Assembly: GCA_973895155.1 (NCBI GenBank)
Contig: OZ316896.1
Coordinates: forward strand, 17,224,754-17,288,753
Source of the DNA: Marsupella aquatica
Taxonomy: Eukaryota > Plantae > Marchantiophyta
Direction: 5' to 3'
Length of the DNA: 64,000 nucleotides
This document shows positions 61,441-64,000 of the stretch, piece by piece. Under the pieces are notes generated by a model, which was not told where the DNA came from, ran no database searches, and saw nothing but the letters and a program-made list of their open reading frames with translations. Position numbers and translations under genes: made by a program. The first letter of the stretch is position 1. Each line of letters begins with the position of its first letter.

Positions 61441-62348
61441 CACTTTAAACCGAACCAGTTACCAATACTATAAGGAATGGAGTGGGGCCCAATGCTTATG
61501 TGGAGCACTCTTTTGTACTAGATTTTTGAGACCACCTCTGTTGGAGGTGTTTTCTTCTGGCCCCTTGGTCCCCAGCTTGGTCCATTCCTATTTTAAGTTA
61601 TTTGAATTAAAACGAGACCCACACTCAAGTTTTTCATAAGATCTGTCACATCTAGAACGACTTTAGCCAATACCTGACATTCAGGTGGAGTGGGTCCTCA
61701 ATCTGTCTTTTAACAAATTAATCTAGCACCACTGGCTAAACTTCCCTTTACAAGACCTTGGGGCTATAAAATGATTCCAAAAATGCTTTTAGCCCCAGCA
61801 CACTACATTTAGTCTGTGCAATGGCCCTCCAGTTGGCTTTGGTGAAAAACCTCCCAAGTGTCCCCAACTTCGCAAATATGTTGTAGTGATCCAAAGTTCT
61901 ATTAAGTAACCAACAAATGACATACAATCACACATTCCTGATTTATAAATTTTGGTGGAAGTTTTTTCAAAGCTGTGTTTAGATGCCACTTCCAAGCTAG
62001 GGGATAGCTACAAAAAGCTGTTGGGGGAGTCACTTGCAATCCAAAACAAGTATTTTCATACTATTTCTGACTGGATTCTACAGAAAATTAGAGAACATTC
62101 TTTATTTCATATTTTTATAAAGTAAAATTATAGGTGATTGAACATTAATATAAATCTTTATTGAATATTCTGTGTATAATATAAGCTGTTTTCATTGGTC
62201 AAGATTGCACTTGGTAAATCAAAACATACACTAACCTCCTTACTAATTACCCCAGCGGCGCAAGTACTCTAGTTGGGAAAATGCATGGCTTGACATTTTG
62301 TCTCTATCATACCTATTAAAGTTTTTAAAATAATTTATACATACATAT

Positions 62349-62537
62349 ACATGATTGGCGCTAAGAACACGCTCAGAAAGGGCACTGTTGCAAAAAAGTT
62401 AAAGGAGAAGATTTCCATGACAAAGACAAATCATGATTGGTGGAGACTTAAACCCATGAGCACTCTAACCAATGAGTACTTAGCCCAATTAAAACCCAGC
62501 TTACCGTACTCCTCCTATCCAGAATGATGCAGGGTGA
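62349..62537 (+). repeat. Degenerate ~200-bp direct repeat (partner at ~63777-64000, running off the window)
   Basis: Shared ACATGATTGG.GCTAAGAACA, GATTGGTGGAGAC, AGCCCAATTAAAA and TATCCAGAATGATGCA.GGTGA. Confidence 0.75.
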
Positions 62538-62896
62538 CTAACATAGGTATCTATCCAAGAATTTCTGGGTCGTTGCCTAAAGTCTTGAATACTTGTTTTC
62601 AACTCCAGACTCCCCACGCAGATCCCTACTCAGAAGCATAATTTAAATATCAAAATTCCTGTTACCAATGAAATTAGGGGCAATGGTTTGACTCCGAGGA
62701 GTGGAACATGGACTACGACTCTGACCAAATTTTATAATATGGATGCAATTCCTATGAAAATTCACAGGAGCAAATGTGCAGTGAACTTTGCAAAGATCAA
62801 GACCCAGGAACTGCATGATAGGTGGAGAAAACCCGCAAAGAGCACAAAAACCAAACAAAGAATCAATCTATTCAACTATCTAAAAATTAAGTTCAA

Positions 62897-63389
62897 TAGG
62901 TTTTTACTTACTTGTCCCCCTAATTACCTGATATTACTAATGTGGCCCCCAAACAAAATTATTTATCACCCAGCCCCCATTTAGTGTTTGGGTCAGTATA
63001 ACTTGTATATGGGTTCCGGTTGCCTTGTGGTCAGCTTGCTACTGGGTGGCCTTAACCCGCCGCGGCCCCCCTTCCCTGCTGTGTTTTCCTGGGTAAAATC
63101 AAGGTCCAATACTGTTGGATTTTTGTGAGGGGAGTGTAGAGCAAAAAATGAAATGTTTTTTTCACTCCAGGACCTGCAACTATGCCCTCCAATGGGGAAG
63201 GGGAAGGGAGGCCGAGGGGGTCATGACTGTTAAGGCTAGCCAATAGTGTCTTGCCACATGGCAACGGGAACCAGTATTCAAGTAAATACTAACCCGGATA
63301 CAAAATGGGGGGCAAGTTGATAAATACTTTTGTTTAGGAGGCAGGTTATTAATATCAGGTGTTTTGGCAGACAGGTTAATAAAAAGCTG
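62897..63389. mobile_element. ~493-bp long-TIR MITE with 10-bp TSD (Mutator-like)
   Basis: Degenerate inverted arms of ~145 bp (ACCTGATATTA/TAATATCAGGT, TATTTATCA/TGATAAATA, GGTTCC.GTTGCC/GGCAAC.GGAACC). TTAAGTTCAA flanks both sides (62887-62896 and 63390-63399). Confidence 0.8.
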
Positions 63390-64000
63390 TTAAGTTCAAT
63401 GCCGACCCAAGTTGTTTTACTCCATTTTCTTCTGCTGCCTATAATGTGTAATTATATGGATAATGTACTTCCACTTATTGTTATTGTGAAAATGTATATT
63501 TTTGAGATTTTATCACTACTAGATTGATTGCCTGTTCTTTGAACATAAATAGAGGTGTGTACATTGGAGCTTGTTGCCCATTGATTCCGCAGATTCGGGT
63601 TCAATTGGCCCTTGTTAGACATCCACTTTGCACCATCTACCCATTTCACACACACACACAACTTTGGTTACACATGAGAGTCATGAACGAGTCAGATGTT
63701 TTACTGTAGGTCTTGAAGAGTAGATTCATGTCCCTATTTATATAACTAGATGATACCCAAGTGTATCGTATATTGGACATGATTGGGGCTAAGAACATGG
63801 TCAGAAGAGGGCCTGATGCAAAAAAGCTGATTGTGGAAAATTTATATATCCAGGAAAAATCAGGATTGGTGGAGACAGGAGGAATGAGGAGTATTCAGTG
63901 GTTCAGAACAAGATCTCCATAAGCCCTCATTGGTTTAAAGGTAAGCCCAATTAAAATCAAGCTTGCCATCCTTTCCTTTATCCAGAATGATGCAAGGTGA

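Overview
Eukaryotic land-plant genomic DNA. The spliced genes, long leaders and transposon types suggest a non-seed plant such as a liverwort (inference). Bases 1-39 kb are a nested transposon graveyard. It holds a minus-strand Ty1/copia element (5' LTR, tRNA-iMet PBS, gag, protease, integrase, truncated RT). The copia integrase is split by a 4,483-bp TG...CA insertion with a 5-bp target-site duplication, and that insertion carries its own decayed ~616-codon ORF. The region also has a decayed FCP1/NIF-type HAD phosphatase. A ~9-kb cluster (22.4-31.4 kb) contains two paralogous DDE transposase-like genes and a spliced ParB-like + amino-DNA-methyltransferase gene, with recurring 16-bp palindromes; this cluster is the best candidate for an undescribed system. 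Bases 39-55 kb contain three intact host genes: a stellacyanin-type phytocyanin (+), a divergent beta-tubulin (-) and proline dehydrogenase (-), plus a minisatellite with a MITE in it. Bases 55-64 kb are intergenic with small repeats and a MITE. All family assignments come from motif recognition by eye; no database search was run.
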